Of a DNA stretch of 64,000 nt, positions 1 through 9,138 are shown one piece after another (within the stretch, counting starts at the first letter, position 1; the number at the start of each line of letters is the position of its first letter). The notes under the pieces were generated by a model that saw nothing but the letters and a program-made list of their open reading frames with translations, did no database searches and was not told the origin of the DNA. Both the position numbers and the translations under genes were made by a program. This DNA is from a virus (Duplodnaviria; Caudoviricetes), in the IMG/VR virus record IMGVR_UViG_3300013121_000018, positions 43,582-107,581 of that record; one strand, given 5' to 3'.

Positions 1-102
1 GATAATTTTGAAGATTATGGTATTGATTATACATATTATATATACAATGCCAAGAAACAAATATCACAAATTCAAGATAAACAACAATTAAGCTTATTTT
101 AA
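1..102 (+). CDS. 3' end of a probable family B DNA polymerase (partial)
   Basis: Frame 1 reads DNFEDYGIDYTYYIYNAKKQISQIQDKQQLSLF*. The IDYxYY..A signature is typical of PolB C-termini, and the protein ends in a QLSLF clamp-binding motif. Confidence 0.65.
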   Translation, partial: DNFEDYGIDYTYYIYNAKKQISQIQDKQQLSLF

Positions 103-103
103 T

Positions 104-268
104 ATGGATTGCTACAAAATAATTTATGATGAAGAAACTTTGATTAATTTTATTAATTGGCTTCCTGATTTAAAAGACAATGAGATATTTTATTTAAGTT
201 TATTTTGTAGAAAAAAATATGCACCAACACATGTACCAAAGAAGTTTAACTTTAATTTTTCAATTTAG
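104..268 (+). pseudogene. Truncated remnant (54 aa) of a conserved phage hypothetical protein
   Basis: MDCYKIIYDEETLINFINWLPDLKDNEIFYLSLFCRKKYAP resembles the N-terminus of a longer phage family recalled from memory, then runs into low-complexity sequence and TAG. Confidence 0.45.
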
Positions 269-272
269 AATT

Positions 273-650
273 ATGAAGACTTTTGTTCAAGTAATTGGTA
301 AGAAGACAGCAACAACTAAAGCACAAGAAGTTGCATTGGGTTACATCATGGATTTGCAAACAGAAATTGCTGCAATTGAAGCTGCAAAGCCGTCTCTGGT
401 AAAACAACAAGAGATGTATGTTAGGAAAATGAAAATTGAAGCTGAACGTTGTTTTGAAGAATCTCTTGGTAATACAGAGAGGCCGAATTTGGATAAAATA
501 ATTGAAACTTATGCTACTTTGAAAGCAATTGAAGTTTCTGATAATCCATACACACAAAAAATTAAAGACGCTGAAGAACGGCTCGCAATATTGAAGGAAA
601 TACTTGCACTGTTTCCTGAAAATGTTGATAGTATCGTTGTAAGCGAATAA
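273..650 (+). CDS. Hypothetical coiled-coil protein
   Basis: ORF-track 219..650; ATG at 273 is the more plausible start. Confidence 0.7.
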   Translation: MKTFVQVIGKKTATTKAQEVALGYIMDLQTEIAAIEAAKPSLVKQQEMYVRKMKIEAERCFEESLGNTERPNLDKIIETYATLKAIEVSDNPYTQKIKDAEERLAILKEILALFPENVDSIVVSE

Positions 651-652
651 CA

Positions 653-733
653 GTCATTTTAAGACACTTTAATTGTTTTCTGGTATAATCTACTTGGAAA
701 TGATTAGAGTGTCTTAAAACCTCTTAAAAATGG
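653..733 (+). repeat. Long imperfect hairpin element, copy 1
   Basis: TTTTAAGACACT (657-668) and AGTGTCTTAAAA (708-719) form a perfect inverted repeat, extended inward by 12 more pairs including G-U. Confidence 0.7.
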
Positions 734-1083
734 GAAGTAGAAGAAGAAAAAAAGAAAAATGGAGTAAAAGAAAAGCAGCACTTCCAAAGATTATTGTAAA
801 AAAAACATTTAAGTCTATTTCAGACGGTTCTCTTTTTTTGAATATAGAAATTTTAAGTAGAGGTGCTATTCTAGAAAATGGTAAAAAACAAAAAATTGGT
901 ATACTACATGCTATGACGACTGCACCTGGTAGGTATATAATATCTGCAGTTAAAAGTGACCGTGATTTTTCTGCTGAAGAAGGAGAAGAATTGAGGTTTT
1001 TATACATCGATAAAAAGCTTGTAGAACAAGGCTATCCTACTAAGGAAAAAGACGAGTTTGAAAACAATCATCACTGTTGCTAA
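730..1083 (+). CDS. Hypothetical basic protein
   Basis: ORF in operon orientation. Confidence 0.6.
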   Translation: MGSRRRKKEKWSKRKAALPKIIVKKTFKSISDGSLFLNIEILSRGAILENGKKQKIGILHAMTTAPGRYIISAVKSDRDFSAEEGEELRFLYIDKKLVEQGYPTKEKDEFENNHHCC

Positions 1084-1095
1084 AAAAGAATAAAT

Positions 1096-2070
1096 ATGGA
1101 GAATATGTTAATTCAAGGAGTTGCGTCTGATGACCACTTTTTTGATTTCGGGAAATATTTTTCTTTGAATCATAATTGTGTTGCCAGACATATAGCAACA
1201 AAAGATATGTACCATGTTGAGGATATGTTTGAAGAAATGAAATGTTGTTTAGAGGAATACAATCTCTATATTATAAGTGTTCAACATACAATACATAAAC
1301 CAGAATGGTTTAAAGTAGATGAAAAAAATATTTTTGTTTATAAAACCGCAGAAACTATGAGTTTCTTCTATGAACCAAAAAAAGAATATAGAGATTTCCT
1401 TTTTGATATTCTTTGCAGACATAGAAGAAAACCTGCTGAAGAAGAAGCTTCGGTGAATTTATTAATGCCTTCTGCTGATGGAATGCAACTTCATAAGACT
1501 TTCTTTAAAGCAACCCCTTTAGAGCTTGATAAACACTATAATGATGATTTTGTTGAGGAATATGATAAGATTAGAAATCTTATCATTGAAAATGAATCTG
1601 GATTGGTGTTATGGCATGGTATGCCGGGTACTGGTAAAACTACAGCTTTAAAACATTTAATGTCTTTGAATCTTGGTAGAGAATTTATCTTTATTCCATC
1701 GGGATATGCTAAGACTTTAGGAGAACCTGGATTTAACAGTCTTTTAGCAAGAAATGAAGGAACTGTATTAATTATTGAAGATGCCGAAGCTTTATTGAAA
1801 CAACAGGGTGACAGAAGCGCAGCAATGTCAAATCTTCTCAATATTACCGATGGTATTTTAAGAGAAGTGTTTAAATCATTGATAATCTGTACATTTAATA
1901 CTGATTTGAAGAATATTGATGAAGCTTTGTTGCGTGGCGGTCGTCTTCGCAGTCGGTATGAGTTTAAGAAACTTACTGCTGAAAAGACAGGTACAGAACC
2001 TCTTACATTATCCGAATTGATATTTGGTAAAGAAGAGAAGAAAAATAAGGTTATTGGTTTTAAATCATAG
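1096..2070 (+). CDS. AAA+ ATPase (BCS1-like)
   Basis: Walker A GMPGTGKT, Walker B LIIEDAE, SRH IDEALLRGGR. Confidence 0.9.
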   Translation: MENMLIQGVASDDHFFDFGKYFSLNHNCVARHIATKDMYHVEDMFEEMKCCLEEYNLYIISVQHTIHKPEWFKVDEKNIFVYKTAETMSFFYEPKKEYRDFLFDILCRHRRKPAEEEASVNLLMPSADGMQLHKTFFKATPLELDKHYNDDFVEEYDKIRNLIIENESGLVLWHGMPGTGKTTALKHLMSLNLGREFIFIPSGYAKTLGEPGFNSLLARNEGTVLIIEDAEALLKQQGDRSAAMSNLLNITDGILREVFKSLIICTFNTDLKNIDEALLRGGRLRSRYEFKKLTAEKTGTEPLTLSELIFGKEEKKNKVIGFKS

Positions 2071-2075
2071 AAAAA

Positions 2076-2225
2076 ATGAAAACGGAACTGTGTAAACATT
2101 GCGGTAAAATTAGAACAGAAAATGATTACTGTAGTAAATGCGATCATAAAATTCCAGTGCTGCCGTTTATATTGTTTGCTATTGGATTTGTGATACTGTT
2201 TATGAAGGTATTAATCCTTAAATAA
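2076..2225 (+). CDS. Small zinc-ribbon membrane protein (49 aa, missed by the ORF track)
   Basis: MKTELCKHCGKIRTENDYCSKCDHKIPVLPFILFAIGFVILFMKVLILK: two CxxC pairs and a hydrophobic tail, with a TAATG overlap into the next gene. Confidence 0.7.
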   Translation: MKTELCKHCGKIRTENDYCSKCDHKIPVLPFILFAIGFVILFMKVLILK

Positions 2226-2509
2226 TGAAAGTTCAACTTATTGAAACTTTAGCAGGAAAAGCAATTCTTGTTGATAACAGAGTTATAGTATTGTCTGAAT
2301 TAGTAGAACTTACAAAGCCTAATCTTACAATTTCTACTACAAATTCCAACTGGTATGGAATTTATTATAAGCTGAAAGGCTCAAGTTATTATAGTTATTT
2401 ATTCGACAAGCAATTTTATAACAATGCCCAAAGTCAGGTTGAAGTCGATAAATACTTAAAAGACTTACTTAAGGTTTATGATGAAATAATTCAAAATTGG
2501 AAATTATGA
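2225..2509 (+). CDS. Hypothetical protein
   Basis: Translationally coupled ORF. Confidence 0.65.
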   Translation: MKVQLIETLAGKAILVDNRVIVLSELVELTKPNLTISTTNSNWYGIYYKLKGSSYYSYLFDKQFYNNAQSQVEVDKYLKDLLKVYDEIIQNWKL

Positions 2510-2679
2510 CTTGGAAAAAACTAATACAAGAAATACGGAGTAAATATCAAGAGGCACAAACTTTAACTGATATTGAAATTGTAGAAAAAACTCTTCCTAT
2601 AGATTTTTCTAAAGTTACTTTAAAAGATAAAGCAATTGCTAATTTTGAAAAAAATATTATGAAAGATGAAACAACTTGA
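2497..2679 (+). CDS. Hypothetical protein
   Basis: Small ORF filling the operon. Confidence 0.55.
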   Translation: MEIMTWKKLIQEIRSKYQEAQTLTDIEIVEKTLPIDFSKVTLKDKAIANFEKNIMKDETT

Positions 2680-3091
2680 TTTGATTATTTTACATGGACC
2701 ACCAGCATCAGGAAAATCTACATATGCTAAAGAATGGCAACAAGAAGACCTTAATAATAGGGTTATTGTTTGCAGAGAAGACATCTGCAATATGTTAGGA
2801 GTACATCCTGGTGGTAAAAATGAATTTGTAGATGACCTCGAAAAGACTATTGTAGAGCAATGTTTAATGTACAATAAGAATGTAATTATTGATTCTACAA
2901 GAAAGCTGTATTGGGAGGGTAATCTTGGAAGTCAAGAATTTGATCTTTGGCACTGGGAACAAAATGTAAAAATTAATTTCATCTACAAAGAATTTGGTGC
3001 AGATTTAAGTGTTGAAGAACTTATTGAACGTGATAGAGCAAGAGGTTCTAAAACAGGAGAAGATGTTATTAAAAACTGGAGAAGAAAATGA
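2666..3091 (+). CDS. AAA_33 / polynucleotide kinase-like P-loop kinase
   Basis: GPPASGKST, RED, IIDST, RDRAR motifs. Confidence 0.85.
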   Translation: MKQLDLIILHGPPASGKSTYAKEWQQEDLNNRVIVCREDICNMLGVHPGGKNEFVDDLEKTIVEQCLMYNKNVIIDSTRKLYWEGNLGSQEFDLWHWEQNVKINFIYKEFGADLSVEELIERDRARGSKTGEDVIKNWRRK

Positions 3092-3702
3092 ATATAGAAC
3101 AGCTTATTCAAAAAGCAGAATTGGATATTAGATTTTATGCTGAAAGAGCAGAGCATCATACAAGATACAAGGGAGTTGTAAAAACTCGTTTGATGCAGCC
3201 AAACGGTTCTAGACCAGATTATACATATGCTTTTTTATTCTCAAGCAGTGATAGTAACTGTGGTTTGATTTATTTAGACCATGTTACAAGTTTTGAAAGA
3301 GTGCTTCCTTACACATACGGGTCTTCTGTAGGAAAAGCGTTATATGCTATAGTATCAAAAATAAGTCCCGATGATAAAAGGAGAATGGAGCTTTCGCATA
3401 AATTCTTTTATTATTATCTTTATAACACATTGAAAGAGTTGAGAAAAGATTCTGAATATTTTAGAAAAAATTTATTATTTTGTCATGTTTCTATAGGCCG
3501 GAGGAAGCATGATTATGAAATGACAGACTCTTATAAATTTTTTAGTCCTTTATTTGATTCATCGATGATTTCACCCATGAATAAGAATAGTGAAAACTAT
3601 CAACTTCATGGTATTATTGATTTTGAAAAAGTTGGCTTTATCCTAAGTCAACCTTTTAGTAAAGAACTAGAAGATTTGATAAATGCATATACTGATGCCT
3701 AA
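3088..3702 (+). CDS. Hypothetical protein
   Basis: ATGA overlap; 204-aa ORF. Confidence 0.75.
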   Translation: MNIEQLIQKAELDIRFYAERAEHHTRYKGVVKTRLMQPNGSRPDYTYAFLFSSSDSNCGLIYLDHVTSFERVLPYTYGSSVGKALYAIVSKISPDDKRRMELSHKFFYYYLYNTLKELRKDSEYFRKNLLFCHVSIGRRKHDYEMTDSYKFFSPLFDSSMISPMNKNSENYQLHGIIDFEKVGFILSQPFSKELEDLINAYTDA

Positions 3703-4183
3703 GAAAAAGCTTAAAAATCCTGACAATTGTCAGGTACTTTTATACATTGTTGAAAATAATCTGTCTACACCGATACCAGAAATAGATCCTGAAGACTTGG
3801 ATATGTTAATATTCATGAAAAAGATTGCTGTTGATTACAGTACAGGAACTTTGTATATACCTGAAAATAAAGAATTGAAAAGCTTTATTGAAGAGTATAG
3901 ACAAATGTTTAATCAGAAAAATATTAACTATCCGGGAAAAATGGATAGCGCTAAGTCACATGTGGATAAATTTAAAAAATTCTTTAAGGAGAATGATACC
4001 ACATATGACGAAGTATTACAGGTTACAAGAGATTATATTGTGGAAAATATAAACAAACCACAGTATATCATGAAATCTAGTAATTTTGTATCTAAGTATG
4101 AAAATAAAATGTTTAAGTCGGAGTTGCAAGGAAGGCTTGAAAACAAAAAACAAACTACAGTAAACAACTTGTTTTTAGAATGA
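3695..4183 (+). CDS. Helicase-adjacent replication protein (function uncertain)
   Basis: Lies immediately upstream of DnaB; FKKFF..TYDEVL..T..Y..YIMKSSNF pattern. Confidence 0.55.
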   Translation: MPKKKLKNPDNCQVLLYIVENNLSTPIPEIDPEDLDMLIFMKKIAVDYSTGTLYIPENKELKSFIEEYRQMFNQKNINYPGKMDSAKSHVDKFKKFFKENDTTYDEVLQVTRDYIVENINKPQYIMKSSNFVSKYENKMFKSELQGRLENKKQTTVNNLFLE

Positions 4184-4189
4184 TTGTAA

Positions 4190-4354
4190 ATGGATAAATT
4201 TAAAACGTTTTATGAATCTCTCGAAAGTCGTCAAAGACGCTTAAAAGAAGGGATTCCTACTTTAATCCCAATAAAGTTTCCAACACTGTCAAAGTATATT
4301 CCTGGTGTAATTCAGGATGACCAGGTTATTGTTACAGCAGGACAAGGTGTGGGT
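4190..4354 (+). CDS. dnaB: DnaB-like replicative helicase, exon 1; join(4190..4354,4634..5551), 360 aa
   Basis: MDKFKTFYESL...IPGVIQDDQVIVTAGQGVG joins exon 2 KSRF to rebuild the Walker A motif GQGVGKS. Confidence 0.85.
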
Positions 4355-4633
4355 GGATACAAAATGTAAGGTTTATAATATAAATTAATTTTTGCCCACA
4401 ATAAATCGGATGAATTGCTGGAAAATCCTGAAGAGGACAATCAGCAGCCAAGTTAAAGTTTAAATGACTTTAAAAGGTTCAACGACTAGGTATTGAAACT
4501 AATTTACTTAGAATATAATATACCCAAGAGCGTCCGACATTCTAATGGAATGATGATATAGTCTGAACTGCATGTATAACTTGAAAAGAAGATGCAGAAT
4601 TCAAGGATAAAGAACCTTGAAGATAACAAATTG
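4355..4633 (+). ncRNA. Group I intron (ORF-less, 279 nt) in dnaB
   Basis: Exon ends in U. IGS GCCCACA (4394-4400) pairs with exon UGUGGGU. Core elements AATTGCTGGAAA, AATCAGCAGCCAAG, GTTCAACGACTAG and GATATAGTCTGAAC are present; terminal G at 4633. Confidence 0.92.
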
Positions 4634-5551
4634 AAAAGCCGTTTTGTACGAAAAGTTTTTGTGAAGGATATTATCGATTATGCAAATCAATCTGGATTAG
4701 AAGTACACATTATTCTCAATTCTTTAGAAGAATCTGAAAATAAGGTTATTTCTACATTGGTTGCAAGTGACATTTATCGTAGATATGGTGTTCAGGTTAA
4801 TTATTATGACCTGAATAATTATTCTACAAAACCGATGTCATCTGAACAAATGAAAATGATTGCGGAATCGGAAGGTGCAATTGAAGACTACATGAAGTAT
4901 GTTGATATTGTACACATATCAAATCCTACTGGATTCTACAAGTATGTAATGGACTATTTGTATTCTACAGGTACATTTCTTTTGAAAGGACAACCTTTAA
5001 AGGAAAAGAAATATTACTCAACTGAATGGGATACTTATATTCCAGACAATCCAGCAAGAATTGTAGTTGCGATTTCAGATACAATGAATAAGTATCAACC
5101 GGAGAATGGTGACTTTTATCGTACATTAAGGACATTTTCAGAGTTTTACAGCCGAAATCTTTTAGGATTAAGATGTGGAGTCATCTCCATAATAATCCAA
5201 CAGCAGAAGGGCTCTAAAGAAGCCATAGATACTAATTTCAGAGGAGCAACTATCATTGAGAAGCTTAAACCAAGTATTGATGCTTTAGCAGACATAACCG
5301 GTAGTGCTCAAGATGCAACTTTGATTTTAGGATTATTTTCTCCTCTAAAGTTTGGAGAATGTAACTATAATGGTTATCCTGATTTAACAAAGCTTAACGG
5401 TAAATTTCGAGTACTTTCTGTATTAAAAACTAGAGAAGGTGAATTGGAACAAAACAATGAAATTCCTTTATTTTGTCAATTAGCAATTGATGAATTTGAA
5501 GAATTACCATTACCAAAAGAAAGTGAACTTTTAAAAGCTTACTACAAATGA
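4634..5551 (+). CDS. dnaB: DnaB-like replicative helicase, exon 2
   Basis: SLEES, ISD, IIIQQQ, P...L.D..GSAQDATLILGLFSP and LKTREG SF4-helicase motifs. Confidence 0.85.
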   Translation, partial: KSRFVRKVFVKDIIDYANQSGLEVHIILNSLEESENKVISTLVASDIYRRYGVQVNYYDLNNYSTKPMSSEQMKMIAESEGAIEDYMKYVDIVHISNPTGFYKYVMDYLYSTGTFLLKGQPLKEKKYYSTEWDTYIPDNPARIVVAISDTMNKYQPENGDFYRTLRTFSEFYSRNLLGLRCGVISIIIQQQKGSKEAIDTNFRGATIIEKLKPSIDALADITGSAQDATLILGLFSPLKFGECNYNGYPDLTKLNGKFRVLSVLKTREGELEQNNEIPLFCQLAIDEFEELPLPKESELLKAYYK

Positions 5552-6048
5552 TTTATGTTGATGCAAATAAGTATCCAGAAGTAAAACAAATTAAAACTGT
5601 TGAAGAATTTGTATACTGGTATTATGACAATCATAATCCAGCGACTTATCACAATGAAACTTGCAGATTTAATCAGCTACAATGTATGGCAGGATGCAAT
5701 CGAAGTTTTGGAGATATGTTGGAGCTATGTGCTACATATTTTCCAGGAACAACTGAAGAAGATTTAGCATATATTTGGAAAGATTTGTGTATTAAAGGTA
5801 GGTTAAATACATTTTGCTGTCCTGATATTAACAGAATTGTGTCATATTTTGAATTCTTAGAAGAAGACGAATATACTCCAGAAGAAATTAAGAATTTTGA
5901 TTGGCAAAGTGCTAATTGGAATTCTAGTATATTTGATTGTTATGGCTATGACAATTATTATGAGGATGATTACAGTATTGAAGCAATTAAAGAATTTGCA
6001 GAAATAAAACAAAAAAAGAAACAAAAAGAATTAGAAAAACAAAATTAA
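5548..6048 (+). CDS. Hypothetical protein, paralog family A (RSFxD..CxxYF)
   Basis: Shares motifs with 6849..7301 and 20962..21378. Confidence 0.75.
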   Translation: MIYVDANKYPEVKQIKTVEEFVYWYYDNHNPATYHNETCRFNQLQCMAGCNRSFGDMLELCATYFPGTTEEDLAYIWKDLCIKGRLNTFCCPDINRIVSYFEFLEEDEYTPEEIKNFDWQSANWNSSIFDCYGYDNYYEDDYSIEAIKEFAEIKQKKKQKELEKQN

Positions 6049-6052
6049 GTTT

Positions 6053-6844
6053 ATGATTAAGTTACCAGTAGCGCCAAGCGCACCCAAAACCAAAAACGCA
6101 AAAAGAATGTTGATTGCATCTCAACCTAAAGTTGGGAAAACGAGTGCTGTAATGGCATTACCAAATTGTTTAGTAATAGACCTAGAATCTGGAGCAGACC
6201 AATATCCAGGAATGTCAATTGATGTTAATGAAATTGCAAAGAAGATTTCTGCTGAAAATGATATTCCTTATTTGGAAGCTAAACTAGAAGCATATTTTAG
6301 TGTAGTAAATGAAATTAAAAATATGGATCATAAATATGACTATATTGCAATTGATAATACTACACGATTGGAAGATATGGCTTCTTATTATGCAACAATG
6401 TTGTATAAGAAAAGTACTATCGGAAAGAATTTTAAAGGAGAAGACGTTGTAAGTGAATTACCTAGTGGTGGTGGTTATCTCTGGTTAAGAGAAGCTTTTG
6501 ATAGGCTTGTTGATGCTGTTGATGGCTTGCCTAGAATTTGTAATATTTACATCGGTCACTTGAAGAAATCTTCTATTACTAAAAACGACCAAAGTATTAC
6601 TGCTTTGGATTTGGAACTGTCCGGAAAAGGTAAAACTATTCTGACATCGTTAATGGATGCTAATGGTTTCCTTAGAAGGGAGAAGTCAACCAACAAGAAT
6701 ATTTTAAGCTTTAAAACAAGTGAAACGGACTTGCTTACTGGAGCAAGAACTATGCACTTAAGAGGTAATGAATTTCTACTTTCAGAATTAACAGATGATG
6801 GAAAATTCATTACTTATTGGGATAAAATTTTCTTAAAACAATAA
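6053..6844 (+). CDS. AAA_24 / Sak4-like recombination ATPase
   Basis: SQPKVGKT, IDLESG, IAIDN, GGGY.WLR, IGH motifs. Confidence 0.85.
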   Translation: MIKLPVAPSAPKTKNAKRMLIASQPKVGKTSAVMALPNCLVIDLESGADQYPGMSIDVNEIAKKISAENDIPYLEAKLEAYFSVVNEIKNMDHKYDYIAIDNTTRLEDMASYYATMLYKKSTIGKNFKGEDVVSELPSGGGYLWLREAFDRLVDAVDGLPRICNIYIGHLKKSSITKNDQSITALDLELSGKGKTILTSLMDANGFLRREKSTNKNILSFKTSETDLLTGARTMHLRGNEFLLSELTDDGKFITYWDKIFLKQ

Positions 6845-6848
6845 CAAA

Positions 6849-7301
6849 ATGCAGAGATTAAAATTAAATAAAAAAGATGAAGCTGATGCTAATATAGGTT
6901 CTCTAGAAGATTTTTTATCATGGTATTTTAAAAACAGTCAGCCGGAAACATATAACTATAATGGAGATTTGCAAACTTCTAGAGGAAAATATAGATCGTT
7001 TTCTGATATACTCAGCTTATGTTGTAATTATTTTCCAGACTGTACAGAAAAAGATTTGGCTAAGGTTTTAATTTCTTTTTGGGAAAAAAGAAACATTCAT
7101 GCATTATTTTGTAGTAACATTGGAAAAGTAGTATTTTGTGAAAGGCATAATAATGACCCTAATATAGATTTGCCCAGTTTAATTTCTCCAAAATATTTTA
7201 ATCCAAATAATCCAGATGCTTATGCTCAATCCCATAATCAACCAACTAAAGTAGGAGTAGATGGACACTCCTTCATTGAAATTTACAACTTAACAATTTA
7301 A
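6849..7301 (+). CDS. Hypothetical protein, paralog family A
   Basis: PETY..LQ...RSFSDIL.LC.NYFP..TEKDLA...C.NIGKVVF. Confidence 0.75.
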   Translation: MQRLKLNKKDEADANIGSLEDFLSWYFKNSQPETYNYNGDLQTSRGKYRSFSDILSLCCNYFPDCTEKDLAKVLISFWEKRNIHALFCSNIGKVVFCERHNNDPNIDLPSLISPKYFNPNNPDAYAQSHNQPTKVGVDGHSFIEIYNLTI

Positions 7302-7306
7302 TAATT

Positions 7307-8128
7307 ATGTTCGACAACAATCAAGAACAACTCCAAAAAGGCTCTGGCCAACAACAACTTTTCACCGGTCTGTATCCATTAAGGATTGTAGGAATTAACC
7401 CTACTGTAGAACAGCTTACCAATATTATTGGTGAAGGTGCTTCTAAATTTAAGGTTGACTACAGTGTAGGACAGTATGGAAAACCTGTTACGTTTTGGTT
7501 TTCATCACCTGACAATAAAGTGAAACCTTTTAGCAAGACAATATTTCTTAAAGAAGAAACTATTGTCGTTCAAGATTCTGGAAAAACAATGCTGTTGAAT
7601 GACAGTACAGGACAATACGGAACTGTTCAGTCAGCCTGGGCAGTATCTCCAGAGGATGTTCCACTATGGTTCTCTAAAGACGGTATTCGTCCTGCAAATA
7701 AGGGAGAATATGAATATTATGACCTACTGGTTAAATTTCTTCGTTTCCGTGACAAGGAAGGTGGAAAGACTTATGTAGAATTTCTTTCTGAAGAGAAAGT
7801 AGATTTTGCATCAGTTATTAATGGTGATGACAGTGCGTTGCATAATCTAGCCGATTATTTTATGGATAATGCAAGTACTTGTGTAATTTTGCTGACAGTT
7901 CGTAGTGGTGAAAAGAATTACCAAGATTGTGAACTTGGTAATTGTGTTTTTGGTCAGAATTCTGTTACCGATAAAGTAATTGAAAGGGCACAAAAACTCA
8001 ATTCAAATGCTGATTATCCTATCAGCAAAAACGAATTCAGCTTTGAATTTGCAGAGTATACCGGAGCATCTGCTCCACCCACACCTAAAAAGGTAGACGC
8101 TCCTGCAAAGAAGCAAAGTTGGATTTAA
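7307..8128 (+). CDS. Probable single-stranded DNA-binding protein
   Basis: Located between the Sak4-like ATPase and primase; FTG..P.RIVGINPT N-terminus as in crAss-like SSBs; flexible Pro/Ala tail. Confidence 0.55.
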   Translation: MFDNNQEQLQKGSGQQQLFTGLYPLRIVGINPTVEQLTNIIGEGASKFKVDYSVGQYGKPVTFWFSSPDNKVKPFSKTIFLKEETIVVQDSGKTMLLNDSTGQYGTVQSAWAVSPEDVPLWFSKDGIRPANKGEYEYYDLLVKFLRFRDKEGGKTYVEFLSEEKVDFASVINGDDSALHNLADYFMDNASTCVILLTVRSGEKNYQDCELGNCVFGQNSVTDKVIERAQKLNSNADYPISKNEFSFEFAEYTGASAPPTPKKVDAPAKKQSWI

Positions 8129-8141
8129 AAAATCCATAAAT

Positions 8142-9137
8142 GTGTTTAAAAATAAAACACAACTTCTAACAAAAGTAACGCCGGACATGATTGCTAGTAA
8201 TAGTGATTATGTCTGGCTTATTTTTTTTGGTGAATTGCCGTCTTATGGTAAAAGATTTTATTCTCCTTTCAGGTCTGATAGAAAGGCTGGTTGTAGATGG
8301 TCGTACAATAATAATCAATGGTGGTTGGTAGATAATGCTGGTCACAATGGTAAACTTGCTTGGAGCATCTATGATTTTGTATCATGGTTGTATCCAACAT
8401 ATACGGCTAAAGAAGTGTATCATTTAATTGCCAGTCGATTGGTTGAAACTGTTCCAAATATTCAAACCATTAGAAGACCTAATGTAGCATCTGTTAAAGA
8501 TAACAATATCATTATTAAGTTTGAATATACAGATTGGACAGAAGATGATTATTTTTCTAGAATGTTTGACATTGACCTAAATTATTTGAATCAACAACCA
8601 TATTATAAAGTTGTTAATTATTGGGCAAATTCTAGAAAAGACAACACTTTAAGAAAAAATCCTTTTCATTCACCAAAAAGTGTAGAAACGATTGCTTATT
8701 ATTTTGAAGACACAGACCATACTAAGCTGTATTTCCCTGCAAAAAATGATTTTAAATGGTATAGCAATTGTAATGCTGATGATATATTTGGAGAACACAG
8801 ATTGAAGGAATATGACAACTCTCATATTGTAATTACTAAGTCTGCAAAAGACGAAATGATACTAAACTATCATTGTAATCTTCAAACATTAGCAGTACAA
8901 TCAGAGGCAATTACTTCCAATAAAAAATTAAATGATTTATGCAATCAATTTTCTCAAAAAATTATTTACTTCGACAACGATGACCCAGGAAGAAGAAATT
9001 CAAAGACTTTGGGAGAAAGCGTCGGAGCGTTATGCATCTTTAATGGAGACACAGAAGGAAAAGACGCTGCCGAGTTTTATGCACTCCAAAACAACAAGGA
9101 GAAATTCAAAGAAGGAATTAACAACAAATTCAAATGA
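8142..9137 (+). CDS. DNA primase (TOPRIM)
   Basis: SPFRSD..AGC N-terminus, ITKSAKD, QSE, FDNDDPG, KDAAE. Confidence 0.85.
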   Translation: MFKNKTQLLTKVTPDMIASNSDYVWLIFFGELPSYGKRFYSPFRSDRKAGCRWSYNNNQWWLVDNAGHNGKLAWSIYDFVSWLYPTYTAKEVYHLIASRLVETVPNIQTIRRPNVASVKDNNIIIKFEYTDWTEDDYFSRMFDIDLNYLNQQPYYKVVNYWANSRKDNTLRKNPFHSPKSVETIAYYFEDTDHTKLYFPAKNDFKWYSNCNADDIFGEHRLKEYDNSHIVITKSAKDEMILNYHCNLQTLAVQSEAITSNKKLNDLCNQFSQKIIYFDNDDPGRRNSKTLGESVGALCIFNGDTEGKDAAEFYALQNNKEKFKEGINNKFK

Positions 9138-9138
9138 T

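Noticed and set aside
4592-4633. ORF-track N-terminus MQNSRIKNLEDNKL of the helicase
   Set aside because: This is intron P9 sequence; the real N-terminus is exon 1 at 4190.
8932-9138. Long overlapping N-terminal extension over the primase
   Set aside because: Alternate-frame read-through; ATG 9139 directly follows the primase stop.
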